64,000 bases of DNA from a virus. How positions within the stretch are numbered: position 1 is the stretch's first letter; each line of letters starts with the position of its first letter. Position numbers and translations under genes: made by a program. A model generated the notes under the pieces. That model was not told the origin of the DNA, made no database searches, and worked only from the letters and a program-made list of their open reading frames with translations. The DNA lies in the IMG/VR virus record IMGVR_UViG_3300045988_115217, one strand, 5' to 3'. Positions 36,901-45,169 of this stretch are shown here, in pieces.

Positions 36901-37059
36901 TTAATGTAATTGTACCCATTCCAAGTATATTTCGTAGTCTCTTTTAGAGAATTTGAACCAACGAACATTGTTCTTGCACCATCCAAAGTAACTTGGATCA
37001 ATTCTAAGAACCCTTGTAACTTCCATGCCTTTATACTTGCCAAATGTAATTTTATTCAT
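36901..37059 (-). CDS. DUF3820-like small protein (52 aa)
   Basis: MNKITFGKYKGMEVTRVLRIDPSYFGWCKNN...; GGAGG 7 nt upstream; replaces the spurious track ORF 36765-37043. Confidence 0.55.
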   Translation of the reverse strand: MNKITFGKYKGMEVTRVLRIDPSYFGWCKNNVRWFKFSKRDYEIYLEWVQLH

Positions 37060-37061
37060 AC

Positions 37062-37535
37062 CTACACCTCCATGTTATCATTTATTCCTAAAACCCAAAG
37101 GTGATGTTGTAATTCATGGACGTACTTAATAAGCCATTGACCAGTGGTATTGTACCGTGCTCCATCAAGGTAAAATGCGTTTATATTTATCAAACGTGTG
37201 AAGCGACAAGTTCCACCTCTTGTATATATTTCTTCACCATCTCTGCAAGATACAATTTCCCATCCATTCTTCTCCAAAATTGCGGGCACAAGATTAATAG
37301 GAACAATATCCTTAACCCAAGCACAGCAGTCACCGAAGAGATAGCCTTTGTCTCCAAATTCAACACCTTCAAGATTCTCTAAACGGACAACACCTTTCAG
37401 AACCGTTCCATCGTCTAACTCAAAAGTCTTTGATGGGTCTGATGAGGTTACTTTGTAAACGACACCTTTTGCGGTACCACAAGGTACTCCGTTTGTCATC
37501 ACCAAATCTCCTGGAATGTATTCTAACTTATCCAT
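37062..37535 (-). CDS. Hypothetical protein
   Basis: 157-aa ORF. Confidence 0.6.
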   Translation of the reverse strand: MDKLEYIPGDLVMTNGVPCGTAKGVVYKVTSSDPSKTFELDDGTVLKGVVRLENLEGVEFGDKGYLFGDCCAWVKDIVPINLVPAILEKNGWEIVSCRDGEEIYTRGGTCRFTRLININAFYLDGARYNTTGQWLIKYVHELQHHLWVLGINDNMEV

Positions 37536-37540
37536 ACGAC

Positions 37541-37783
37541 TTACTCCTTAACTTCTTTAAATATTACACACTTATTGTCATAACGTTCTCTTTGTGTCCA
37601 ATCCCAATATAGTCGATTGTTCAAAACATTCCACCTGTGATTTTTACACTTTAGCGTACCATTAGCACACCATCCACTGGGACACGCAAATGCACAATTC
37701 CAACAATTTCCTGTGGCATCTTCAACAACAATGTATTTTTTGCCGCAGTAATTAAAATATTCTCCAACTTTAAGCTCTTTCAT
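37541..37783 (-). CDS. Cys-rich hypothetical protein
   Basis: 80 aa, 8 Cys (CWNCAFACPSGWC). Confidence 0.55.
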   Translation of the reverse strand: MKELKVGEYFNYCGKKYIVVEDATGNCWNCAFACPSGWCANGTLKCKNHRWNVLNNRLYWDWTQRERYDNKCVIFKEVKE

Positions 37784-37795
37784 ACGCTATTTATT

Positions 37796-37993
37796 TTAAA
37801 CATAACAATCTGCTTCAAAAGGGCTTCCGAACCTGTCACAGATAATAATATCGGCTCGATCATTGCTTACCTCCTCTCTGATTGCTTCTAATTGCTGAAT
37901 AACGTTATCAATCGTCTTTCCGCTATAGTCTATAGCTATCTCTTTCAAGACAGCTATTTTGGCATTAAGCCTTGCGTATTCTCCTACTGTCAT
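37796..37993 (-). CDS. Hypothetical protein
   Basis: 65-aa ORF, GGAGGTG upstream. Confidence 0.5.
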   Translation of the reverse strand: MTVGEYARLNAKIAVLKEIAIDYSGKTIDNVIQQLEAIREEVSNDRADIIICDRFGSPFEADCYV

Positions 37994-38373
37994 TATTCTT
38001 CACCTCCTTCCTTTGGCAGTATATCAGACAAATAAGCCCACTTGGTGATTTGGCATCTGCTAATCGAATGTCTCCAAGATTCCTTATTCCAAAGAATGGA
38101 TTCTTGAAACTGTAGATAAGCATCGTTATCAAAACCAAGAGTAATAATATCGCTCTTGCTCTTATCTGGCTCTTCTGTATTTGGATGCCATAAATCCTTT
38201 AGAAGCTCATTGATAGCCCAATTAGCACCTAGTCCAATAGCTTCTTTGATGTCCTCTTTGTAGAACATTTCCTCTTTAGCATCATTGTCGAAAACTACTT
38301 CTTCGCCATTTAACAGAAATCTATCTTCATAGATTTCTTGCTTGGCTTCTTCTATTTTCTTTTCGTCTATCAT
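37993..38373 (-). CDS. Hypothetical protein
   Basis: 126-aa ORF. Confidence 0.55.
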   Translation of the reverse strand: MIDEKKIEEAKQEIYEDRFLLNGEEVVFDNDAKEEMFYKEDIKEAIGLGANWAINELLKDLWHPNTEEPDKSKSDIITLGFDNDAYLQFQESILWNKESWRHSISRCQITKWAYLSDILPKEGGEE

Positions 38374-38375
38374 AA

Positions 38376-38561
38376 TTATCTTCCTTTCTTACTATTTTTA
38401 TCCAATACATCTTTAATCTCGAAATATTGAGCCTTTATAAATTTTTCCATCTCTGACTTGGTTATTCTACCAATAACTGAAATATACCCATCCCTTACAG
38501 ATACTGAGAAATAATCAGTATTGATAAAATTAATGTTAACATCTATGCTTTCATCATTCAT
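38376..38561 (-). CDS. Hypothetical protein
   Basis: 61-aa ORF. Confidence 0.5.
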   Translation of the reverse strand: MNDESIDVNINFINTDYFSVSVRDGYISVIGRITKSEMEKFIKAQYFEIKDVLDKNSKKGR

Positions 38562-38695
38562 AATCTACCCTTTCTTTTCCTAAGTTGATTCTTTCTACGC
38601 ATTCTTCTTTGCGTCTTACCATCTTGTATATCTTCACACTTAAAGTGTGGTTTACAATACCAAGGTATGCAATTCGTTAAATCTTCATTACCCAT
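38558..38695 (-). CDS. Small basic protein (45 aa)
   Basis: Hand-translated MGNEDLTNCIPWYCKPHFKCED...RRMRRKNQLRKRKGRL; ATGA overlap. Confidence 0.45.
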   Translation of the reverse strand: MGNEDLTNCIPWYCKPHFKCEDIQDGKTQRRMRRKNQLRKRKGRL

Positions 38696-38741
38696 AATTA
38701 GCCCTCCATATCTTTATTGTCCAACAAGTGCTCATTACCTT

Positions 38742-38951
38742 CTATTTTACTCTTTTAAAATGAACATTTTTGCCATCCTTACGCTCGGTACTGCCGCACT
38801 TAAATCCGGTGCAAGTTTCTGCGTACATATCGCTTGCAAACTCGTAAAAGAAGCATCCGTTGCATTCTCCTTTCTTGTCCTCGACCACCTTCAGGGTAAT
38901 CTCAGAACCAATAGGTAAATCTTCCATAACTAATTTCTCATTATGTGACAC
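38742..38951 (-). CDS. Hypothetical protein
   Basis: 69-aa ORF. Confidence 0.5.
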   Translation of the reverse strand: MSHNEKLVMEDLPIGSEITLKVVEDKKGECNGCFFYEFASDMYAETCTGFKCGSTERKDGKNVHFKRVK

Positions 38952-39128
38952 TTAATAACCTTGTGAACCGCATTTGGCTGCGATTCATTAAAACTATTAA
39001 TAAACTGACGCTCCATTTCTTTTAGAAAGATGGGCTTTGTCGGCTTCGGCATAGTGAGGACGGCTTGAATCTTTGCCCCCCCCATCCAAAGTAAGCAGGC
39101 ATCTGCGACTAATTTGTTCAAATAACAT
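38930..39128 (-). CDS. Small ORF with ambiguous start/frame across a G8 tract
   Basis: Motif-associated ATG 39128 is in a different frame from the long ORF (TTG 39121 / ATG just before the tract). Confidence 0.4.
39076..39083 (-). repeat. Homopolymer tract C8 (G8 on coding strand)
   Basis: ctttgcccccccccatcc. Confidence 0.9.
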
Positions 39129-39183
39129 TTTTCGTATCTCCTATTATTTTAAACGTTAAACAAAAATCTTAGTTTTTTATAAT

Positions 39184-39966
39184 CTAATTATATACCATAC
39201 CAGCGAAGCGAGCCGAAGGCGAGCCTTCCATTACCTTATATGTATTAGCATATACCCTACAGATAACTTTTCCTTTAATATAGGTATAGTTATTGAGTAT
39301 CATATCCTTTACATAGTCAATAGAGGATAAAAAACGCTTTTCGATGTTTCTATATTTGCATAAAATCTCGTTTTTGACCGCAAATTTTACTAAGTCAAAG
39401 GCTTTCTGTACGCTTACGCTTAACTTCTCAGCTATATACTTATATGATATACCATTTTCTCTGAATTTATCGCCGTAGCCAAAATGATTGCAAACCTTCT
39501 TAGCCGCCTTCAACTCTTTCAAGCCTTTAGGGTGCTTAGACTGCTGAATCATTTGCTTAGCGTAATTCTTTCGATTCTGTACATCAATGATAAGCATAGC
39601 AGATAAGGTATCTTCTATGAATTTTACATTCTGCGCATAGGCATTCTTTTTAGAATCATTCTTTGAAATAAACTCGATATTAGGAACAATGACGTTCCTG
39701 TGAGAGGTATGACTTTTTAAGGATTTGAAAACGAGGCATCGGTTATTCCTGCCAGTAAACTCAATCAAATCCAGAGCTTTCAAGGTATCAATACGCTTAC
39801 GGACAGCACAGGCACTTACTCCTGTGATTTCGTGAAGCTTATTGATGCTCCATCTTTGCACGGCAGAAGATTTGACCCTTGTCTTTATGAAAAGGGAAAA
39901 TGCAATTGCCTTCCTTAACTCGGGATTGCAATACATATCATTCAATATCTTTCTGCGTATCTCCAT
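39184..39966 (-). CDS. Putative winged-helix DNA-binding / replication-associated protein
   Basis: 260 aa; INKLHEITGVSACAVRKRIDTLKALDLIEF; first gene after promoter at 40.13 kb. Confidence 0.45.
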   Translation of the reverse strand: MEIRRKILNDMYCNPELRKAIAFSLFIKTRVKSSAVQRWSINKLHEITGVSACAVRKRIDTLKALDLIEFTGRNNRCLVFKSLKSHTSHRNVIVPNIEFISKNDSKKNAYAQNVKFIEDTLSAMLIIDVQNRKNYAKQMIQQSKHPKGLKELKAAKKVCNHFGYGDKFRENGISYKYIAEKLSVSVQKAFDLVKFAVKNEILCKYRNIEKRFLSSIDYVKDMILNNYTYIKGKVICRVYANTYKVMEGSPSARFAGMVYN

Positions 39967-40125
39967 TTTACAGATGCTTTAAAAAGTCAAGAGCAGCAAA
40001 GAAATGGGGATTCTCTGCTGCTCCGTATTTAGTAGGTCTTTCGACCTCACGTAAATCCAAAATCTTACACCTTATAAGCTCCCCATAAGCTCATCAAGCG
40101 TTGGTGTTATATCTTAAACACACCG

Positions 40126-40133
40126 CAAAATTA
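40126..40133 (-). promoter_or_regulatory. -7 box TAATTTTG (early-type, CACACCGCAAAATTAATA block)
   Basis: Same block as 31.09 kb. Confidence 0.6.
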
Positions 40134-40217
40134 ATAAAAATACTTCAAACACTAAAACTTTTTATTAATTATTTTTAATTTATTAATAAATTCTATTAGT
40201 GCTTTAAAAGATTTTAT

Positions 40218-40225
40218 TACTTTTG
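40218..40225 (+). promoter_or_regulatory. -7 box TACTTTTG
   Basis: 37 nt upstream of ORF 40262; flanked by agattttatta direct repeat. Confidence 0.5.
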
Positions 40226-40261
40226 TAGCAGATTTTATTAAAAACCAAATTTTAAACGATT

Positions 40262-40579
40262 ATGATATATAACCAAATTAAACAGTATGAGCTGGCAGAT
40301 GAGATAATGAGAGCAGTCTGCGATGTTGGAGGTGTTACCTTCATTCAGCTCTGTTCTGCTGTTAAAACCGTAAAGCTCAATACCCTTAGAGGTCTATATT
40401 GTCTTATCAGCAGGGATTATTGCATCCATCCCGACCGCTCGGCTCGCCTACTCTGTCGTACCAGAGCAAACGTAATCAACCAGGCAAGGAAATACCTACA
40501 ATACATACAGACTAAAGATAAATATACAATAACTATATATAACCAAATTATCAACATCTTAAAAGAAAAAAGACAATGA
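40262..40579 (+). CDS. DnaA-domain-IV-like HTH protein
   Basis: Pattern I..AV....GV....L.S..K...RGLYCLISRD....SARLL.RTRANVINQARK recalls Bac_DnaA_C. Confidence 0.45.
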   Translation: MIYNQIKQYELADEIMRAVCDVGGVTFIQLCSAVKTVKLNTLRGLYCLISRDYCIHPDRSARLLCRTRANVINQARKYLQYIQTKDKYTITIYNQIINILKEKRQ

Positions 40580-41346
40580 AAAGAACAGATTATGAGCTTA
40601 CCCTGCCCGACCAGCTCTTCCCAACGGACAATGACTTAGAGATTCCGACACTCGATATTGATATGCAAGCCAAGGAGTGTCAGTCACCCTTCCTTTGCTT
40701 CGGAGAACAGAAGAGAACCTTTAACCTCAATGGCGAAGGCTCTTTGCACTTCTATACCGATGATTACCGCTTCTCAGCTATCTACGAGCACCCTGAGAAG
40801 ATATTGCAGCATCACCCTGCCGTTATCGTTGAACCGAACTTCTCCCTATATAATGAAATGCCCGTATCTTTCGGCTTGCAGGCTATCTACAAGAAACGTT
40901 GGATTGCCCGTTGTATGCAAGGTAAGGGTATCGGCATCTTCGTTGACCTCAACGTGGCACAGAAGTTCTATCGCCTCAATATGATTGGTGTACCTCGTGG
41001 ATGGCGTGCCTTCGCTACCCGTGGATATTCGGATAGACTGAATAACCTCGCCTTTGAGTATTCCATCGCAAGCGATTGGGCAGAGGGCAAAGAGCCGCTA
41101 TTTGTTATCTACGGCGGCGGTGCTGAGTGTCGGCGGTTCGCCCAGACCCATAGAGGTTGCATCTACATCAACCCCGTTGTCACTACAAAGAAGCAGCTTG
41201 CCGCCTTGCAGAAGATTCACGAAGGTGTTGCCTTTATCGGCGAAGAGTTCTCTGTTAAAGCACAACTCGATAAGCTTACCCCTTTCTCCAAGCAGATTGA
41301 GGATTTCCGAGCAGACAACGTCTCTAAACAGATTGAGGGAAAATGA
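40576..41346 (+). CDS. DUF4417-like protein
   Basis: 256 aa; SLHFYTDDYRF...VEPNFS motif as recalled for DUF4417. Confidence 0.45.
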   Translation: MKRTDYELTLPDQLFPTDNDLEIPTLDIDMQAKECQSPFLCFGEQKRTFNLNGEGSLHFYTDDYRFSAIYEHPEKILQHHPAVIVEPNFSLYNEMPVSFGLQAIYKKRWIARCMQGKGIGIFVDLNVAQKFYRLNMIGVPRGWRAFATRGYSDRLNNLAFEYSIASDWAEGKEPLFVIYGGGAECRRFAQTHRGCIYINPVVTTKKQLAALQKIHEGVAFIGEEFSVKAQLDKLTPFSKQIEDFRADNVSKQIEGK

Positions 41347-41397
41347 TATTGTTTATGCGAGATATGGCATTTATTTGCTGTATCTCGCTTTCTTTTG

Positions 41398-41405
41398 TAT
41401 CTTTG
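41398..41405 (+). promoter_or_regulatory. -7 box TATCTTTG (TTTGCATCAGTAA family)
   Basis: Near-identical to the promoter at 20420. Confidence 0.55.
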
Positions 41406-41411
41406 CATCAG

Positions 41412-41535
41412 TAATCGGGAATAAGTTATTAGAAATGTTGAAAAAGGTTTTTAGATTTGGTTAGATTTAAAAATTTTATGTTGGTTAAAAGTTTTATCAG
41501 AAAAGCAGCCGCTCGTGAAGGGTAGCTGCTTTTCT
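41412..41535 (+). ncRNA. Candidate small RNA (promoter-to-terminator unit without ORF)
   Basis: ~125 nt between the -7 box and the aaaagcagc/gctgctttt 9-bp hairpin; only 9- and 15-codon ORFs. Confidence 0.3.
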
Positions 41536-41605
41536 TATATATATAATAGGTATAAAAGGATAAGGTCTAAAAATATCTGAATAAAATCATAAAATCGCAA
41601 TATAA

Positions 41606-41622
41606 TCTATTAATTTCTATTA
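41606..41622 (+). promoter_or_regulatory. TCTATTA doublet (candidate operator)
   Basis: tctattaatttctatta, 10-nt spacing. Confidence 0.5.
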
Positions 41623-41673
41623 ACACTTTAATAATTTACGAGAAAAATAGTTGGTTATATGAAAAGGATTTAT

Positions 41674-41730
41674 TAATTTTGCGGTATATAAAATTAATAA
41701 TAACAATTAATTATAGGAGATACGATAATG
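41674..41730 (+). promoter_or_regulatory. Early-type promoter + leader cassette (copy of 58587-58645 minus strand)
   Basis: taattttgcggtata..aattaataata.caattaattataggagatacga.aATG shared over ~55 nt; here followed only by MKYIKLFI*. Confidence 0.6.
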
Positions 41731-41791
41731 AAGTATATCAAATTGTTTATCTAACATATAGCAATTCAATTTCAATCGAATAAGAATTAAT

Positions 41792-41799
41792 TATCTTTG
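41792..41799 (+). promoter_or_regulatory. -7 box TATCTTTG
   Basis: 31 nt upstream of ORF 41830. Confidence 0.55.
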
Positions 41800-41829
41800 C
41801 ACAAAATAACAATTTAAAATTCAAAGAAT

Positions 41830-42216
41830 ATGAGTAAGTCAAGTGGTGGTACTCGCATCATAAGCAGCAATAACGCTGCGCAGAGTAGAACACAGAGTTC
41901 TCTTAGCGGAAAAGTCAGTACAATGGACGAAGCCAATAAGGTTATGGACACATACAAGAACCTCTATAATATGCCAGCGAAGGAACAGAAAGCATTTACT
42001 GATTCTTTCGGTCAGGCAGTTATGGACACATTCAATGAGAAGAAAAAGGGCTACGATGATTTGATGCTACAGAGAACCAACAAGGCATTCAAAGAAAACA
42101 ATAAAGCTGATTATGATTGGGCTGTTCATCAACATACCATACAGGTGGATAATCTGGTACAGGAACAACAGCTTATCACAGAGAAGTATGGTAAGTTTAT
42201 CAAGGTAAAGAAATAA
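41830..42216 (+). CDS. Hypothetical protein with MSKSSGGTR N-terminus
   Basis: 128 aa; N-terminal 9 residues shared with ORF 44592. Confidence 0.65.
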   Translation: MSKSSGGTRIISSNNAAQSRTQSSLSGKVSTMDEANKVMDTYKNLYNMPAKEQKAFTDSFGQAVMDTFNEKKKGYDDLMLQRTNKAFKENNKADYDWAVHQHTIQVDNLVQEQQLITEKYGKFIKVKK

Positions 42217-42255
42217 GTCGCTGATTCTTAGCACGAAAGATTAAATAATAACTCC

Positions 42256-42287
42256 AAAGGCTACTCATTATATGGGTAGCTTTTTTA
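42256..42287 (+). terminator. Rho-independent terminator
   Basis: aaaggctac/gtagctttt stem (one G-U) with T6. Confidence 0.6.
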
Positions 42288-42302
42288 TTTGTTTACATAC
42301 AA

Positions 42303-42319
42303 TCTATTATTTTCTATTA
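42303..42319 (+). promoter_or_regulatory. TCTATTA doublet (candidate operator)
   Basis: tctattattttctatta, 10-nt spacing, 19 nt upstream of -7 box. Confidence 0.5.
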
Positions 42320-42337
42320 AAACCCGAATAATCGCCG

Positions 42338-42345
42338 TAATTTTG
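42338..42345 (+). promoter_or_regulatory. -7 box TAATTTTG
   Basis: 29 nt upstream of ORF 42374. Confidence 0.55.
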
Positions 42346-42373
42346 CAAATAATAATTATTAATCAGTAAAGTT

Positions 42374-43045
42374 ATGGCAAGAGGAAAGAAAGAATCTCAG
42401 ACCGCAGCCACCGCAAAGGAAGAGCTGTTTAATAAGCTTGGAAGCTATCAGATGATAGATATTACAAAGCTTGAATATAATGAAGGACAAATCGAAGGCT
42501 TGTCGAAAAATCCACGTTATCTAAAAGAGAGCGAGCATGATAAGCTCAAAAAATCCTTACTGGATAGCCCTGAGTTCTTGGAGTATAAGCCATTGATGGT
42601 TTATGCTATGGATAATGGTAACTATGTCACTATCTGCGGTAATATGCGCCTTCGTGTCGCCAACGAGCTTCGCCTTGATGGTCATTCCGAGTTCGATACC
42701 ATCCCTTGTGTTATTCTTAAAACAGATACACCGATTCAGAAAATCAAGGAGTATGCTATCAAGGATAACGTGCAAGCAGGTAATTGGGATTGGGATGAGC
42801 TTGCCAATGGTGAATGGGAAACCGATGATTTGCAGAATTGGGGTGTTGATTGCTCTTTTCTCAATACCGATGAGGATGATACCGATATTGATGAGCTATT
42901 CGAGGATGCCCAAAATACCGAGAGCAAAGTTAAAGATATTAAACTCTCCGTCCATATTCCACAAGAGTTGGAAGATAAGGTAGATGAGATTAAGGAGATT
43001 ATCAAGTCTGCCGTTTCCGAATACAATGGTGTGGAAATAAAATAA
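42374..43045 (+). CDS. ParB/Srx N-terminal-domain protein
   Basis: KNPRYLKESEHDKLKKSLLDS...YVTICGNMRLRVANEL; acidic C-terminus. Confidence 0.7.
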   Translation: MARGKKESQTAATAKEELFNKLGSYQMIDITKLEYNEGQIEGLSKNPRYLKESEHDKLKKSLLDSPEFLEYKPLMVYAMDNGNYVTICGNMRLRVANELRLDGHSEFDTIPCVILKTDTPIQKIKEYAIKDNVQAGNWDWDELANGEWETDDLQNWGVDCSFLNTDEDDTDIDELFEDAQNTESKVKDIKLSVHIPQELEDKVDEIKEIIKSAVSEYNGVEIK

Positions 43046-43069
43046 TAGAGATATGGAAGTCTATCTTGC

Positions 43070-43077
43070 GGGGGGGG
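43070..43077 (+). repeat. Homopolymer tract G8 in dpdA 5' region
   Basis: cttgcggggggggctt. Confidence 0.9.
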
Positions 43078-43116
43078 CTTACTGGAAATCTTAGTAAGTT
43101 TTGGAAAAGTGTTAGT

Positions 43117-43914
43117 ATGGAATTATATATAGCAGGGACTTTAAGCAGACCCTATGTTTATGAAAAGGCTATAGAAGTTTTTTTAGCAGGTGAACACCCA
43201 GTAAAGAACGGCAAGGATGCCGATTGGGAAGGATTAAATATATTGGAAACTTACTATTATCTACAGAATAATAAAGAGTTTCCTCGATTGATAGGCAATT
43301 TTCAGAATTTCCTATTAGATAGTGGTGCTTTCACATTTATGTCGGGAGCAGGTGTAGTTGATTTCGATAAATACGTAGAAGGATATGCTGCATTCATTAA
43401 GAAATGGAACGTAAAGAATTTCTTTGAGCTTGATATTGATTCAGTTGTTGGTATCAAAGAGGTTGAAAGACTTCGTGAAAAGCTCGAAAGATTAAGTGGA
43501 CGTAAGCCTATCCCCGTTTGGCATAAGTCACGAGGGAAAGAGTATTTTGTTGAAATGTGCAAGAATTACCCTTATGTGGCTATTGGTGGCATCGTAACCA
43601 AAGAAATACCTATCAATAAATATGAGAAGTTATTTCCTTGGTTCGTAAAGACGGCACATAAATATGGCTGCAAGATACATGCCCTTGGATATACAAATAT
43701 CAGAGGATTGCATACGTATCACTTTGATTCCGTGGATTCTACAGCTTGGCTTTATGGTAATATGAGCGGTTCTATATATAAGTTCAATGCCAAGAACGGA
43801 ACTATGGATAAAACAAAAGCACCTGAGGGCAAGAAACTTCGCTCAAAGTTGGTGGCTGCACATAATTTCGGCGAGTGGGTACGCTTTATGAAGTACGCCC
43901 GTGCAAGATTATAA
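43117..43914 (+). CDS. dpdA: DpdA-like DNA guanine transglycosylase (7-deazaguanine insertion)
   Basis: FLLDSGAFTF motif, TGT-like size, adjacent to queC/D/E/folE; ATG 43117 is the first in-frame ATG, upstream extension interrupted at G8. Confidence 0.65.
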   Translation: MELYIAGTLSRPYVYEKAIEVFLAGEHPVKNGKDADWEGLNILETYYYLQNNKEFPRLIGNFQNFLLDSGAFTFMSGAGVVDFDKYVEGYAAFIKKWNVKNFFELDIDSVVGIKEVERLREKLERLSGRKPIPVWHKSRGKEYFVEMCKNYPYVAIGGIVTKEIPINKYEKLFPWFVKTAHKYGCKIHALGYTNIRGLHTYHFDSVDSTAWLYGNMSGSIYKFNAKNGTMDKTKAPEGKKLRSKLVAAHNFGEWVRFMKYARARL

Positions 43915-43942
43915 AAGATAAATATTTAAATTTTAATTAGTT

Positions 43943-44599
43943 ATGAAAGATTCATTGATTATTGTATCAGGAGGTATGGACTCGGTAACTCTCCTGTATG
44001 AGAAGAAAGAGAGCATTGCTCTTGCTATTTCTTTTGATTATGGCTCTAATCATAATCAGAAGGAGATTCCTTTTGCTAAGTTGCATTGTGAGCGACTTGG
44101 TATCAAGCATATTGTTATTCCACTCAATTTTATTCACGATTATTTCAAATCCTCTCTCCTCGAAGGAGCAGAAGCTATCCCAGAAGGTAATTACGATGAT
44201 GCAAACATGAAATCGACCGTAGTTCCTTTTCGTAACGGCATTATGCTCTCTATCGCTTGTGGTATCGCAGAGAGTAATGGATTGAAGAAGGTGCTTATTG
44301 CTAACCATTTCGGCGACCACGCTATTTATCCAGACTGCCGCAAGGGCTTCATTGATGCCATGTCAGAGGCAATGAAGAATGGTACTTACGAGGGTATCAG
44401 CATTGATGCTCCTTATACCAGTATTACGAAGACTGATGTTGCTCGCCACGGCAAGGAGCTTGGCATTAACTACGCTGAAACTTGGAGCTGCTACAAGGGC
44501 GGTGAGAAGCATTGCGGTAAGTGTGGTACTTGTATGGAACGCAAGGAAGCTCTCCGTGATGCAGGCATTTCAGACCCAACCGAATACGAGGATGAGTAA
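43943..44599 (+). CDS. queC: 7-cyano-7-deazaguanine synthase
   Basis: SGGMDS PP-loop, C-terminal CYKGGEKHCGKCGTC zinc site. Confidence 0.9.
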   Translation: MKDSLIIVSGGMDSVTLLYEKKESIALAISFDYGSNHNQKEIPFAKLHCERLGIKHIVIPLNFIHDYFKSSLLEGAEAIPEGNYDDANMKSTVVPFRNGIMLSIACGIAESNGLKKVLIANHFGDHAIYPDCRKGFIDAMSEAMKNGTYEGISIDAPYTSITKTDVARHGKELGINYAETWSCYKGGEKHCGKCGTCMERKEALRDAGISDPTEYEDE

Positions 44600-45131
44600 G
44601 GCAAGCGGAGGTACACGAAACTATTCGGGTAACCCTAAGACGATGGCTAAGAGAGAATCAGAATTTCAAGCCATCGTCTCTACGGGCAACTATAAAGATA
44701 GCTACTTCGATAAAAGCGGCGGTTATTATGTGGTACATAACAACCATAATAAGATTGCTGACCCGAATACCAATAAGGAAATGTATGCCGCAGAAGTTCT
44801 TGCTAAAAAGGGTTATCGTGTATATTTGATGAGCGAAATGTCGTATATAACGGGAGCGAAGAAGACTGATGGCTTCAAAGAGCACGCCATGATGGATATA
44901 AAAACCATCAACTCGGCGAGTTCTTATAAAATAGAAAATAGCTTGAAGAGTGCTGCTACACAAGGAGCGGAGGTTGCTATCCTTATACAGAACACTAAGG
45001 CTATGACAAAAGAATATGTCAAAGAACAGATTTCTATGTACCTCACTCATGCAAAAGGAAATGAAAGAGGTAACTTAAAAGAAGTTATTGTTGTTGGCTT
45101 ATCAGGCAATGTTCATCGCCATAAGCTATAA
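44592..45131 (+). CDS. Hypothetical protein with MSKASGGTR N-terminus, possible PD-(D/E)xK-like fold
   Basis: Start set at ATG 44592 overlapping queC stop; TDGFKEHAMMDIKT resembles D...(D/E)xK. Confidence 0.55.
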   Translation: MSKASGGTRNYSGNPKTMAKRESEFQAIVSTGNYKDSYFDKSGGYYVVHNNHNKIADPNTNKEMYAAEVLAKKGYRVYLMSEMSYITGAKKTDGFKEHAMMDIKTINSASSYKIENSLKSAATQGAEVAILIQNTKAMTKEYVKEQISMYLTHAKGNERGNLKEVIVVGLSGNVHRHKL

Positions 45132-45169
45132 GACAAAGAATAGCAAAGCAGGTACACCTCTTTGCCTTT

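Noticed and set aside
44379-44591. Long N-terminal extension of ORF 44379-45131 overlapping queC
   Set aside because: The extension lies entirely inside queC in another frame. The ATG at 44592 overlaps the queC stop and gives an MSKASGGTR start that parallels ORF 41830.
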